A DNA stretch of 56,905 nt, taken from contig JAHPZE010000028.1 in the NCBI GenBank assembly GCA_019058365.1, positions 1 to 56,905 on the forward strand, in the 5' to 3' direction. Each line of letters begins with the position of its first letter. The stretch's first letter is position 1. The translations under genes were made by a program, and so were the position numbers. Below, in pieces: positions 1 to 9,923 of the stretch. This DNA comes from Promethearchaeota archaeon. GTDB lineage: Archaea; Asgardarchaeota; Lokiarchaeia; Sigyniarchaeales; SOKP01. A model generated the notes under the pieces. It worked only from the letters and a program-made list of their open reading frames with translations. It was not told the origin of the DNA and searched no databases.

Positions 1-159
1 TGGATACAATTTAATACCAAGTGGTCTTCAAATCACTGAATTTTGTAGCTAATCATTTATTTTTGTTTAAATACCTTGGTTTAAAACAGTAATTTAAATA
101 AAAACTAACATAAAAGTTTCATTACATATAGTAGATTTGAATTTTAGTTAAGACTTGAT

Positions 160-657
160 TCAGGATTCAATTTTTTTAAGAAACATTGTAATTACTTCAC
201 TTGAAAGATAAAATTTGTTTTTAATCAAAATATCAAGGTTATCTAACAATTCTCCTTTAGATTTAAGACCTCTTTTTTTGGATAACAGTAAAATTCCCAA
301 AGTTCCTAAAGTTTGAATTTTGAAAGCTTTAGCGATTAAACTACCTTTTTTTTCATCTATTAATAAAAAAGGATTCTCAATTTCTAAGCATAAGTTAACC
401 GCTTCTTTTTCTCCTTTCCCGAGATTTAAATCAGTTATTTTAAATTTTTTTAGTTTTTGTACTATAATCCAACCATCCTTTATAGATTCTTTTAAAACAT
501 TTATTTGATCTTCCTGTTTATTAGATTCTACTAACTCATTGTATACAGCTTCTGGAATAATTATTTTTTTAAAGAGTATTTCAAGTAGACTTAACTCTTT
601 CTTTTTAATAAATGCGATCAATGGAGAGCTATTAGAAATAAAACTTGAGTCTTTCAT
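160..657 (-). CDS. DUF3368-family PIN-domain protein (putative toxin)
   Basis: N-terminal ISNSSPLI, IPEAVYNEL, LGKGEKEA, LLIDEKKG and GTLGIL motifs of DUF3368; overlaps the UPF0175 gene. Confidence 0.85.
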   Translation of the reverse strand: MKDSSFISNSSPLIAFIKKKELSLLEILFKKIIIPEAVYNELVESNKQEDQINVLKESIKDGWIIVQKLKKFKITDLNLGKGEKEAVNLCLEIENPFLLIDEKKGSLIAKAFKIQTLGTLGILLLSKKRGLKSKGELLDNLDILIKNKFYLSSEVITMFLKKIES

Positions 658-971
658 TATTCATCTAATAATTTATCAACCGTTTTTACATCATTAATGA
701 AATCATCAGTATCGTAATTTAGAGGTATTTTCTTTTCTGCTAATTTATCTAAAAATTCCCAAATGTTTAATGAACTTATTTCAGCGGCTCTTCCTATTGA
801 CACCTCTCCATCTTGATATAGCTTTAAAGCGAACTCTTCTTTCCATTGAATAATCCCTTTATCCAATAATCTTCTTATTACGCTAGATTTATCTAGTTTC
901 TCAATCTCTGCGATTTCTTCTATCTTTTTAGCCATATCATCCGGCAATCGAGAAGTTAAAGTCTTTCCCAT
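657..971 (-). CDS. UPF0175-family antitoxin with N-terminal RHH/CopG-like region
   Basis: TSRLPDD...DKSSVIRRLL (RHH) followed by ALKLYQDGEVSIGRAAEIS...EFLDKL (UPF0175); coupled to the PIN gene. Confidence 0.85.
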   Translation of the reverse strand: MGKTLTSRLPDDMAKKIEEIAEIEKLDKSSVIRRLLDKGIIQWKEEFALKLYQDGEVSIGRAAEISSLNIWEFLDKLAEKKIPLNYDTDDFINDVKTVDKLLDE

Positions 972-1139
972 TTAAATTCGCCGTGTTAAAATTATTATAT
1001 TAAATACAATAAAATAAATACAATTCAGATATTTAATTTTTATCTTTTCCTCTTGATAATTCCAAGAAATTCTTTATCCCAAAAAAGGTGTATTTCTTAT
1101 TAGAAAATTGCAAGAAATTTTAAGAGAGAGATATACTTA

Positions 1140-1661
1140 TTATTTTTTTTCAATAACAGGAGCATATATATCTACTAACATTTTATCTATCTCATTTTCA
1201 GGATAATTAAGGAGGTGTTCTAGTCCTATTATACCATGTTCAATTATTTCTTCATTATAATAGTTAATCAATCCTTTCCACTTTGGATGGAAATCATATT
1301 TATCATTAGTGCTTATCCAATCAAACAAGATTTTCCAGCCATAGCCAATATTCATAACACTTTTTATAGAAACCACTGCATATAATCCTGTCTCAACCTT
1401 CTTGATTCTTTGGTTTCCCTGGATTTTATATTCTTCCGGGATGGTTATCCATACTTCATAACCATAAGGTTTTTCTTTGGTTGCATATTGTTCTCCTCTC
1501 TTGTCAACTTGTGGAACGGGATTATCAAATCCAAATACCTGATGCGCAGTTGGATCAATAGAGATATTACTTTTTGTTAACCATTCTTCTACTTTTTGTA
1601 AGGTTTTAATTTCTGGATCCCCAATAAACTCTCCCCATGAATGGAAAGAAATTACTTTCAT
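1140..1661 (-). CDS. GyrI-like small-molecule binding protein (true start may lie upstream, about 1691)
   Basis: FGFDNP, YGYEVWITIP, GLYAVV, DIYAPV motifs; the frame continues upstream as VKIVKLPH. Confidence 0.75.
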   Translation of the reverse strand: MKVISFHSWGEFIGDPEIKTLQKVEEWLTKSNISIDPTAHQVFGFDNPVPQVDKRGEQYATKEKPYGYEVWITIPEEYKIQGNQRIKKVETGLYAVVSIKSVMNIGYGWKILFDWISTNDKYDFHPKWKGLINYYNEEIIEHGIIGLEHLLNYPENEIDKMLVDIYAPVIEKK

Positions 1662-1806
1662 ATGAGGTAATTTGACTATTTTAACAAAAATAATATTTCA
1701 CCTTAAGGATTCTAAGAATAATATAAATATAATGTTTGACTTAAAATTCTTTAGAATATATATTGTATCAATTTTTAAATTTCTACTTATCATATTAATA
1801 TTGTCA

Positions 1807-2361
1807 ATGTCTATAAACTTTAGGATAGCTAACATATTAGATTTAAAGGGAATTGTAAAAGTTAAGATTGATACATGGAAAACTACATATCGAGGCATCA
1901 TTTCTGAAGAATACCTTCAAAGTTTGTCTTATGAAAATAAAGAGGAAAATTGGAGGCAAAAATTAGAAAATCCAGCCCATGGAACAATCATTTACGTTGC
2001 CGAGACAGTTCAAAGAGAGATAGTAGGATTTGCTTTAGTAACTCTAGAAAAATGTAACCCTATAGTAGCATTACTCCAAGCGGAGAAATATAAAGGGGAA
2101 TTATGTGCAATTTATGTTCTGGAGGATTTCCAGCACAAGAAAATTGGAACTGAATTAGTAAGATTAGTTATCAATTACTTTAAAGTGAATAAGGTTAATA
2201 GCATGATTACATGGGTATTAAAAGAGAATCCTTCACGTAGATTCTATGAAAAATTAGGAGGAAAATTTCTTGGAGAGCAATCAATTGAAATTGGAGGAAT
2301 GAGACATATTGAAGTTGCATATGGATGGGAGAATATTGAATATATACTTTTACATTTTTGA
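1807..2361 (+). CDS. GNAT family N-acetyltransferase
   Basis: TWKTTYRGII, ELCAIYVLEDFQHKKIGTEL (motif A), WVLKENPSRRFYEKLGG; ATG at 1807 preferred over the ORF-track start at 1672. Confidence 0.85.
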   Translation: MSINFRIANILDLKGIVKVKIDTWKTTYRGIISEEYLQSLSYENKEENWRQKLENPAHGTIIYVAETVQREIVGFALVTLEKCNPIVALLQAEKYKGELCAIYVLEDFQHKKIGTELVRLVINYFKVNKVNSMITWVLKENPSRRFYEKLGGKFLGEQSIEIGGMRHIEVAYGWENIEYILLHF

Positions 2362-2480
2362 TAAATATAGAAAACATTAATCAACAACTATAAAGAGTGA
2401 AAATTTATATTAGATTTAAGGATATTATGGTTAATATCACACTTAATTTAAAAAATAAAATTAAAACGGGTTAAAGAGTT

Positions 2481-3452
2481 ATGGAAATTCAATATGGCAA
2501 AATGGTTTTGCATGGGATTCTTGCTGCTGTATTTTACTTGGTTGTTCCTTTTGTTTTGTTTTATTTTCTTGAACTTTATGGCATAATGACTTTCTCCGAA
2601 AGTTTTCGTATATCAATTATTATTTTTGGAATTATCGGTATCGTTATTTCTATTTTAAGACATGCTTTTCCAGAAGATACCTCAGCGAATCGGCTTGTTA
2701 GATTTGGAGCAACTGTTTATTCTGGAATCTTTCTTTTCTATATATTTGGAGGTTTTGATCCTGGAAGGAGTTTAGGAACATACTATATTAATACACCTTT
2801 AATTCAAGTTTTTTTAGGCTTAAAAATTATAGCTTGGCTATTTTTAGGGTCTCTTATAATTAAAGGTTTACAGTACCTTATAGAGGCAATTGAATTACGT
2901 AAAAAGAAGGAATATCGAGTTAAGGTTAAAAAGGAATTCAAATTGAGCAAATTTTTCAAAGTACTAGGGATACTCGCAAGTCTCACAATTGCAGGGTATT
3001 TTGGAAGCATTATATTTAGTGGATTAAATCTCAGAGTAAATCTTCATGATACATTCCCCCCTCCTGCTTATGATGACGGAGGAACTCCATTAAATTTTAC
3101 TGATGATTCCTTAAATATTACAATTGGTTTTGATGTAGGGAATATGGGATTATATGCAATTAATAATGTATTTTTGAATGCTGAAATTCATACTGTAACA
3201 ACTGATAACGCTGTTGATCTTCCTTGGTATACGAAAATAGGCAGTTCCCCGATTCCTTATCAAAACACCTTTCATTCATTCACACAAACTTTTGATCAAA
3301 ATATAACCATAAGTATTGATACTGCTTATATAGAAGGATTATTAACTACCAATGGTGATTTATTGTTTAAAATCAGCTTTTCTACATTGTATGCTCTAAT
3401 TTTTGTTAATTTAACAATCTCACTTCCAGTACCGTGGACACATCCTCCTTAA
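2481..3452 (+). CDS. Hypothetical membrane protein (4 TM, basic linker, TM, beta-rich soluble domain)
   Basis: Hydrophobic segments, Lys-rich linker and a C-terminal beta-rich region with N-x-T sequons. Confidence 0.65.
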   Translation: MEIQYGKMVLHGILAAVFYLVVPFVLFYFLELYGIMTFSESFRISIIIFGIIGIVISILRHAFPEDTSANRLVRFGATVYSGIFLFYIFGGFDPGRSLGTYYINTPLIQVFLGLKIIAWLFLGSLIIKGLQYLIEAIELRKKKEYRVKVKKEFKLSKFFKVLGILASLTIAGYFGSIIFSGLNLRVNLHDTFPPPAYDDGGTPLNFTDDSLNITIGFDVGNMGLYAINNVFLNAEIHTVTTDNAVDLPWYTKIGSSPIPYQNTFHSFTQTFDQNITISIDTAYIEGLLTTNGDLLFKISFSTLYALIFVNLTISLPVPWTHPP

Positions 3453-3487
3453 ACTTGTTATTTATATTCAAACTTTTCTTTCATCAA

Positions 3488-3497
3488 TTTTTTTTTT
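3488..3497 (+). terminator. Oligo-T tract, possible archaeal terminator
   Basis: Run of 10 T about 35 nt after the stop of 2481..3452. Confidence 0.3.
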
Positions 3498-3594
3498 CAT
3501 TTTTCCTTTTATTTATCCATAATTATTTATGATTGTAACAGAACTATTTTTTTATACTAAATTTCTAATAAGTAAACATATTCTTTAATCTCAT

Positions 3595-4410
3595 ATGAAA
3601 AATGATAGATCTATTAAAGAATATGCAAAATTACAATATAACTCTCACGAAAACTTGACTAACCGGATGAACTTATGGTCATATGGATCAAATCCCGAAT
3701 CCTTACCGAAGTGGATTTTCTCAAAAATTCAACTTCAAGAAAATGAAAGAATATTGGAATTAGGATGCGGAACAGGTCATTTATGGCTTGAAAATTATAG
3801 AAATGTTCCTTCGACTTGTTCAATTGTTTTATCAGATTTTTCTCAAAAAATGTTGACTAAAGCTGAGGAAAATTTAAGTTCACTCAATCTCCCAATAAGT
3901 TTTAAAATTATAGATGCAGAGAAAATTCCTTATGGAAATCAGAAATTTGATGTTGTTATAGGATGTCATATGTTATATCACATTCCAAACATCGAGAAGG
4001 CTCTTATAGAAATAAGTCGTGTGTTGAAACCAAGTGGCAGATTTATTTCCTCAACAATTAGTCAACATCATATCAGAGAATTAAAAGATTTTCTTTCTGA
4101 GTTTGGATTATATTCAGAAGAGAAGTTAAACTTATTTAGTGAATTCAGAAATGAAACGGGGAGAGACGTCCTAAAACCTTATTTCACAGAAATTAGCTTC
4201 GAAGAATACATAAATCACGTGAATATTACTACTCTTGCTCCATTGATAAAATACATTGAGAGCATGTATCCTAAAAAGAAATATCCTAACTTTCAAGAAG
4301 TAAAACCTCAACTCGAGAATGCAATCACAAATATACTTGAGAAAAATTATAAATTCGAAATTACAGGGATAGTTGGTTTGTTTAAAGCAAAAAAACTTAT
4401 AAATTCATAA
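3595..4410 (+). CDS. Class I SAM-dependent methyltransferase
   Basis: ILELGCGTG, SDFS, FDVVIGCHMLYH, RVLKPSG. Confidence 0.9.
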   Translation: MKNDRSIKEYAKLQYNSHENLTNRMNLWSYGSNPESLPKWIFSKIQLQENERILELGCGTGHLWLENYRNVPSTCSIVLSDFSQKMLTKAEENLSSLNLPISFKIIDAEKIPYGNQKFDVVIGCHMLYHIPNIEKALIEISRVLKPSGRFISSTISQHHIRELKDFLSEFGLYSEEKLNLFSEFRNETGRDVLKPYFTEISFEEYINHVNITTLAPLIKYIESMYPKKKYPNFQEVKPQLENAITNILEKNYKFEITGIVGLFKAKKLINS

Positions 4411-4418
4411 AGGAAATT

Positions 4419-5231
4419 TTAAATTTTCTTTTGAGCTCTTATTGAAAACATCATTGGAACAGTGAATTTGAAATTTGTGAACTCCCAATATCCATCCTTT
4501 CTTTCTTTCATATCTGGGTGTATACTGAAAAATGTATATGGAAACTCGTGAAGAAATTCAATCTCTAAATCTGCGTTTATTAAAGAATTTATTATGTCAC
4601 TCATTGGATGGTCCCATTGATAGGAAGCTTGATTTTTTAGATCTGCCATGGGATCAGCATAAGCACCACCTTCGTCGAAATACACTGGTTCTCCCTCAAA
4701 AAAATAATTAAAACCTACTTTAAAAGGCTCTTGTTTTTCATCAATTATAAAACCAAAAGGATGACCATCGATAATGTAGAAAATTCCACCAGGTTTTAAA
4801 TGATAACTAATAAGTTTAGCCCATTCAACTATATCAGGCAACCAACAAATAGTACCATATGAAGTAAATACAATATCAAATTTTTCATCTAAAACATTCT
4901 GAATATCGTAAATATTCGATTCGATGAAATTTCCGGGAATTTTTAGCTTATAACTTAATTCTCTTGCAAAAGAAATTGCTTTATCTGAAAAGTCTACACC
5001 AGTAACTCTAGCTCCTAATCTTGCCCATGAAAGGGTATCCATTCCGAAATGACATTGTAGATGCAATAAAGATTTACCCTTTACATCTCCTAATTCCTCA
5101 AGTTCTATTGGTAATAGGGATGTTTGACCAGAAATAAAGCCTTCTAAATCATACATTTGTGATTTAGCATTTATATCTACAAGCTCATTCCATCTTTTTA
5201 AATTTATATCAAAAAATTTATCATTATTCAA
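4419..5231 (-). CDS. Class I SAM-dependent methyltransferase
   Basis: LLHLQCHFGMDT, GVDFS, FDIVFTSYGTICWLPD, LKPGG. Confidence 0.9.
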   Translation of the reverse strand: MNNDKFFDINLKRWNELVDINAKSQMYDLEGFISGQTSLLPIELEELGDVKGKSLLHLQCHFGMDTLSWARLGARVTGVDFSDKAISFARELSYKLKIPGNFIESNIYDIQNVLDEKFDIVFTSYGTICWLPDIVEWAKLISYHLKPGGIFYIIDGHPFGFIIDEKQEPFKVGFNYFFEGEPVYFDEGGAYADPMADLKNQASYQWDHPMSDIINSLINADLEIEFLHEFPYTFFSIHPDMKERKDGYWEFTNFKFTVPMMFSIRAQKKI

Positions 5232-5289
5232 AATAATAACCTAAAAATTTAATTCTTAATGTAATAAGTTCATTTAAAAGAAACTGAGA

Positions 5290-5724
5290 TTACTTGAATT
5301 TAAACATGATTTTATAAAGTTCTTCCTTATTCTTCACATCTCCGATTACAACACAATTGTCTATAGTAATATTTGTACAATTTAACGTGGTATTTTTTCC
5401 AATAATACAGTTATCTAACTTAATATTTTCTCCAATTTTAGCATTATCAAAAATAATAGTATTTGAAATTTCTACGTAGTCTTTTATCTCACAATTTTTA
5501 CCAATATAGACTTTTGGTCCTAAAAGTGCATCATCGCCAATTTTAACATTCTCTTCAAGATAAACGGGTTCTATAAATGTAGGATAATCCCCTAAAAAGT
5601 TATCAATTTTACTCCGTTTTAAATAATTTTTGAAGAAACCATTCAACAATTCTTTAATTTGAGATTGAGAGTGTAATTCCAAATTATTAATGAGTTTCTC
5701 AATTTCTTTCAATTTTCCTTTCAT
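5290..5724 (-). CDS. Left-handed beta-helix (hexapeptide repeat) protein, like the C-terminal domain of NDP-sugar pyrophosphorylases
   Basis: PVYLEENVKIGDDALLGPKVYIGKNCEI...IIFDNAKIGENIKLDNCIIG hexapeptide repeats. Confidence 0.75.
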   Translation of the reverse strand: MKGKLKEIEKLINNLELHSQSQIKELLNGFFKNYLKRSKIDNFLGDYPTFIEPVYLEENVKIGDDALLGPKVYIGKNCEIKDYVEISNTIIFDNAKIGENIKLDNCIIGKNTTLNCTNITIDNCVVIGDVKNKEELYKIMFKFK

Positions 5725-5743
5725 TTTTTTCCACCTAAAAAAG

Positions 5744-6460
5744 CTATAGCTCTAAAGCTTCTATTAACTTATCAATATTTTTTCCTTCTTTAGCACTTGT
5801 CAAAATCACGTTTATATTAGGGTTAAAATTTTTTGCATCTTTTATCATTTTTTCAATATCTGTCCCTAATCGTTCTAAAAGATCAATTTTATTAATAACG
5901 GCAACTTCAGACATTTTAAAGAGCATTGGATGTTTTTCTATTACCCATTCACCTTCTGTAATCGATACGACAGTAATTCTTTTATCAGTCCCTAGTCTAA
6001 AATCGGAAGGACATATTAGATTGCCAACATTTTCAACAAAAATTAAGTCATAATCATTTAAATCTTTATTTTTAATAACCTGGTAAATGTGATAAGCGTT
6101 TAGAGCACATTCTCGCCCTGTATTTATTTGAATTGTCTCTACATTATGCTTCTCAATTCTGTCCGCATCAACTCTAGTAGTAATATCACCACATATCACT
6201 AAGATCCGATATTTTTTTGATAATTTTTCAGCAATTTTTTCTAAAAGTGCAGTCTTTCCTGATCCTATTGCTCCAACAATATCTATAGATTTAATGCCTT
6301 TTTTATTAAGCTCAACATTTATCTGTTCTGCTAAAAGATCATTATCCTTTTCAACTTCTTTCTTTGTTTCTATTACAAAATCTCTTATATCTTCCCTTGC
6401 TAAATTGATACTTTCTAGTTCTTTAATCCGCTGAATCTCTTGCTTTCTTTTTTCTGACAT
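5744..6460 (-). CDS. hypB: Hydrogenase nickel incorporation GTPase HypB (atypical metal site)
   Basis: GAIGSGKT P-loop, ENVGNLICP, SITEG, KHP, NKID. Confidence 0.88.
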   Translation of the reverse strand: MSEKRKQEIQRIKELESINLAREDIRDFVIETKKEVEKDNDLLAEQINVELNKKGIKSIDIVGAIGSGKTALLEKIAEKLSKKYRILVICGDITTRVDADRIEKHNVETIQINTGRECALNAYHIYQVIKNKDLNDYDLIFVENVGNLICPSDFRLGTDKRITVVSITEGEWVIEKHPMLFKMSEVAVINKIDLLERLGTDIEKMIKDAKNFNPNINVILTSAKEGKNIDKLIEALEL

Positions 6461-6530
6461 CTATAATATTAAATAAAAATTAGGATTATATTACTTCTTT
6501 AAATTAAAAATCAAAAAAAAAATATTTGGT

Positions 6531-7364
6531 TTAATAATTGTAAAATCCATTTCCAGTTTTAACCCCTAAATCCCCTTTATCGACCATTTCTTTAAGAGCG
6601 TCTGGAGGTTTATCATCGACTAGACCACTATTCTTGAAATAAGACATTTCTATATCGTAAATTACATCCAATCCAATTCGGTCCATAAACTGGAAAGGGC
6701 CATATTGATTTTTGATAAAATATTGACAAAAGATATTCCAAGCCTTATCCACTGTTTCAATATCAGCATACCCTCCCGCCCAAATCTTTAGACAATCCTT
6801 TTTAATTGCTCTCCATATTCTATTAAATACAAAACCATAACACTCTTTTTTAACTTCAAGAGCAGTAATATCAATGCTCTCCGCCCAATTCTTTACTTTT
6901 TGAAATGTTTCTTCGCTAGTTTGAGTCCCTCGCATAATATCTGCCATTGGCATTGTGAATAGATTGTAAAAGTGAAGATTCATTACTTTATCTTTCCGTT
7001 CAACAACATCTTCAAGTTTCGAAATTGGAATGGAAGAACTATTAGTAGTAATAATAGCATTTGGAGGAGCTGATTTATCTATTTCTGAAAATATTTTTCT
7101 TTTTAATTCAAGTTTCTCTGGTATTGCTTCAATAATTAGATCTGTATTTTTTACTGCTTCAGAAATACTAAAAAAAGATTTAATATCAATTTCGATTTTT
7201 TTATCATCAGTTTTCTTTTTTACTTTATTAATAAAATCATCTAAATCTTCAGGTTTTATTTCAAAAATATTTATATTATATCCATATAAAGCAGATTTTT
7301 CAATGATCTGTCGACCCATAAAACCTGCTCCAATTACGGAAATAGTAGTAATTTTATCACCCAT
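6531..7364 (-). CDS. 3-hydroxyacyl-CoA dehydrogenase family
   Basis: VIGAGFMG, EAIPEKLELK, TNSSS, HF, GPFQFMDRIGLD, GVKTGNGFYNY. Confidence 0.9.
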   Translation of the reverse strand: MGDKITTISVIGAGFMGRQIIEKSALYGYNINIFEIKPEDLDDFINKVKKKTDDKKIEIDIKSFFSISEAVKNTDLIIEAIPEKLELKRKIFSEIDKSAPPNAIITTNSSSIPISKLEDVVERKDKVMNLHFYNLFTMPMADIMRGTQTSEETFQKVKNWAESIDITALEVKKECYGFVFNRIWRAIKKDCLKIWAGGYADIETVDKAWNIFCQYFIKNQYGPFQFMDRIGLDVIYDIEMSYFKNSGLVDDKPPDALKEMVDKGDLGVKTGNGFYNY

Positions 7365-7453
7365 ACACTCACCTTAAATTCAACTTTTAATTATTCATAA
7401 TTTTAAAATTATGTTAGTAATAATTTTGTTCTTAAATTTAATAATTTTTTTAA

Positions 7454-8437
7454 TCAAACTCTGCTATTAATGATAATATTTTTGAGTGAATCTAAAAGCA
7501 AATCATTTTCTTTTTTACTGCCTATAGTAGTTCTGAAATATTTTGATCCTAATTGATTTGATGCATCATGTACTAATACTCCTCGTTCTGCTAACCTTTC
7601 TGATATGTTATGTAATTCTGTTTTCATTAATAAAAAATTAGTATGACTAGGATAAACAATTATTCCCAAATCTAATGCAAATTTCGTTATTCTTCTTTTT
7701 TCAGTCTCAACTTCATTAATATAATCATCCATATAATCCTTATGCTCTAAAGCTTTTATTCCAGCGATCACACTTGGATATGGCAACATAATCTCTAATC
7801 CTTGGAATTTTTTACGGATTAAATCTCCAGCAATAAGATATCCAATCCCAGATCCAGCTAATCCAAAAGATTTACTTAACGTTCTTAAAACAGCTAGATT
7901 CGGATAATTATTTATTAATCCAACATAACTAACATTAGAGAATTCATAATAAGCCTCATCAAGTAATAAGATTATATTTTCATGTTCTAAAATGGTTTCA
8001 ATGTCTTTTTGAGTTAAAATTAAACTTCCCGTTGGGTTATTTGGATTATCAAATACAATTAAAGAAGGAGTTTGCAATTCATCAACTAAAGATTCTATAA
8101 GGATCTGGTAATTTGGCTCATTTAATTTAATTTTCAATACCGCAGAGTCAGTATTTTGAGCTGCATTATTTATCACAATAAAAGTTGGATCTGCAATTAT
8201 TATTTGTCTATTATTTGAAAAAAGAAAGATAAATTCCTTAATTAAGAGATCTGAACCTGAACTTAAAATTATTGATTCATGAGGAACTTTTGCATAATGT
8301 GATAAATGTTCCACTAATAGATCTACCTCTTTTTGAGGAGTATACCGATTAATCTGATCAATACTCTCTTTTACTGAATTAATTAAATCTTTTGGAGGTG
8401 CTTTATACATTTCATTCATATTCAATCTTATATTCAT
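7454..8437 (-). CDS. hisC: Histidinol-phosphate aminotransferase-like PLP enzyme (class I/II)
   Basis: NPNNPTG, DEAYYEF, RTLSKSFGLAG (PLP Lys), PSHTNF. Confidence 0.7.
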   Translation of the reverse strand: MNIRLNMNEMYKAPPKDLINSVKESIDQINRYTPQKEVDLLVEHLSHYAKVPHESIILSSGSDLLIKEFIFLFSNNRQIIIADPTFIVINNAAQNTDSAVLKIKLNEPNYQILIESLVDELQTPSLIVFDNPNNPTGSLILTQKDIETILEHENIILLLDEAYYEFSNVSYVGLINNYPNLAVLRTLSKSFGLAGSGIGYLIAGDLIRKKFQGLEIMLPYPSVIAGIKALEHKDYMDDYINEVETEKRRITKFALDLGIIVYPSHTNFLLMKTELHNISERLAERGVLVHDASNQLGSKYFRTTIGSKKENDLLLDSLKNIIINSRV

Positions 8438-8614
8438 AATTTTAAAACCTAAGGATTGTAGATTAAGTTATAAAGATATGGTTTTCTATTAATCATTTTC
8501 TAACTTAAGATAATATCGAAAAATGATATTAAAAAGGTTTTTTTATTGAATCAGCCTTTAATATTTATTAATATAACAAGTAATTAAATAAGATTATAAA
8601 GGGGAAATATTAAA

Positions 8615-9901
8615 ATGCCTACATGGTATGAGTCACAAGTAATTAAAGATCTGATGCCAATTTTGGGTGCGAGGGCTGTAAGAGGTCTAGAAACTAATTT
8701 TTTTTTATCAAGAATATATACTGGTAAATCATCGCTGCTCAAAGTTGCAAGATATTTAGAAGCAACGATTAATAAGGAGGATAGAAGGTCTTTAATTATA
8801 ACTGACGCATTTACTAAGAAATTTGTTAAAAATTTAGATGATATGCTTAAATTAATAGATATGGAATATAAAGTTTGGTCAGGAGTTTTACCAGAAGTTC
8901 CAGTTTCAACTATAGATGAAGGAGCAAAAGCTTGTAAAGAATATAACCCAAAAGTAATAATTGCTATTGGAGGAGGAAGCGTAATGGATACGGCTAAGAT
9001 GGTTTTAGTAAAGTATGAAAAGCCAGAACAAAATCTATTTATGATTTTACCGAGTATTGGTGCGGCTTTAGGATTACGCAAAAAGATTAAATATCTGATT
9101 GCAATACCCACTACCGCAGGAACTGGCTCTGAAATTGCTACTGCAGCTTTAATAACTGATACTTCGAGAGATCCTCCAAAAAAAATAGAAGTTGTACACG
9201 AGGAATTATTAGCAGATATCACTATATTGGACTCAGAATTTGTAAAAGATCTACCACCATTTTTAACAATGGCAACTGGTTTAGATGCTTTAGCACACGC
9301 AATGGGCTCTTTTACTACGAATTGGGGTAATCCTTATTTTGATGCGACCAATAAAACCACTATTGAAGAAATAATAAAATATTTACCTCGATCTTATAAA
9401 TATGGTGGAAAAGATATTGAAGCTCGAAGTCATATGCAAGTGGCTTCTACATTAGCGGCATTTGGTTCATACGGTAATATGGCTCCTGGAATAAATCATG
9501 CGTTAGGCCATAGTTTCGGAAAAATTTTCAGTGTCCATCATGGGATTGCTGTTAGTTTATTCTTGCCCTATGGGATTGCTTTTAAAGCGAAAGTTACTGA
9601 TAGATGGACACAATTATGTCCTATTTTGGGTGTAACTACAGAAAATAAAAGTAAAAATAATTTATTAAAAGAATTTGTTCAATCACTCAAAGATTTCATC
9701 CGTTCAGTTGATGGTCCTACTTGTATTAAGGAAATAAAAGAACCAAAAATAAGTAAACAAGACTATTTCGAAAAGTTAGATAAATTAGCAGATTATGCTA
9801 TGAATGATGCTGTGACGTTAACTGCATATCGTCCAATTAATGAAGAATTATATAGAAAAATATTTGAATATGCTTGGGATGGTGGCTTTATAGATTTTTA
9901 A
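8615..9901 (+). CDS. Iron-containing alcohol dehydrogenase
   Basis: GGGSVMDTAK, PTTAGTGSE, DALAHA, HALGH, HHG. Confidence 0.9.
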   Translation: MPTWYESQVIKDLMPILGARAVRGLETNFFLSRIYTGKSSLLKVARYLEATINKEDRRSLIITDAFTKKFVKNLDDMLKLIDMEYKVWSGVLPEVPVSTIDEGAKACKEYNPKVIIAIGGGSVMDTAKMVLVKYEKPEQNLFMILPSIGAALGLRKKIKYLIAIPTTAGTGSEIATAALITDTSRDPPKKIEVVHEELLADITILDSEFVKDLPPFLTMATGLDALAHAMGSFTTNWGNPYFDATNKTTIEEIIKYLPRSYKYGGKDIEARSHMQVASTLAAFGSYGNMAPGINHALGHSFGKIFSVHHGIAVSLFLPYGIAFKAKVTDRWTQLCPILGVTTENKSKNNLLKEFVQSLKDFIRSVDGPTCIKEIKEPKISKQDYFEKLDKLADYAMNDAVTLTAYRPINEELYRKIFEYAWDGGFIDF

Positions 9902-9923
9902 TCAAAAATTTGAGGATAAAAAT

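Noticed and set aside
2-52. Possible 3' end of a + strand gene (GYNLIPSGLQITEFCS*)
   Set aside because: Too short and truncated by the window edge to support
1672-1806. Hydrophobic N-terminal extension of the GNAT ORF
   Set aside because: AT-rich divergent intergenic sequence read from a TTG; the GNAT fold starts at ATG 1807
8584-9222. 212-aa antisense ORF and the other short overlapping ORFs in the track (e.g. 7030-7377, 28952-29416, 34816-35217)
   Set aside because: Antisense or off-frame shadows of well-supported genes, with no motifs
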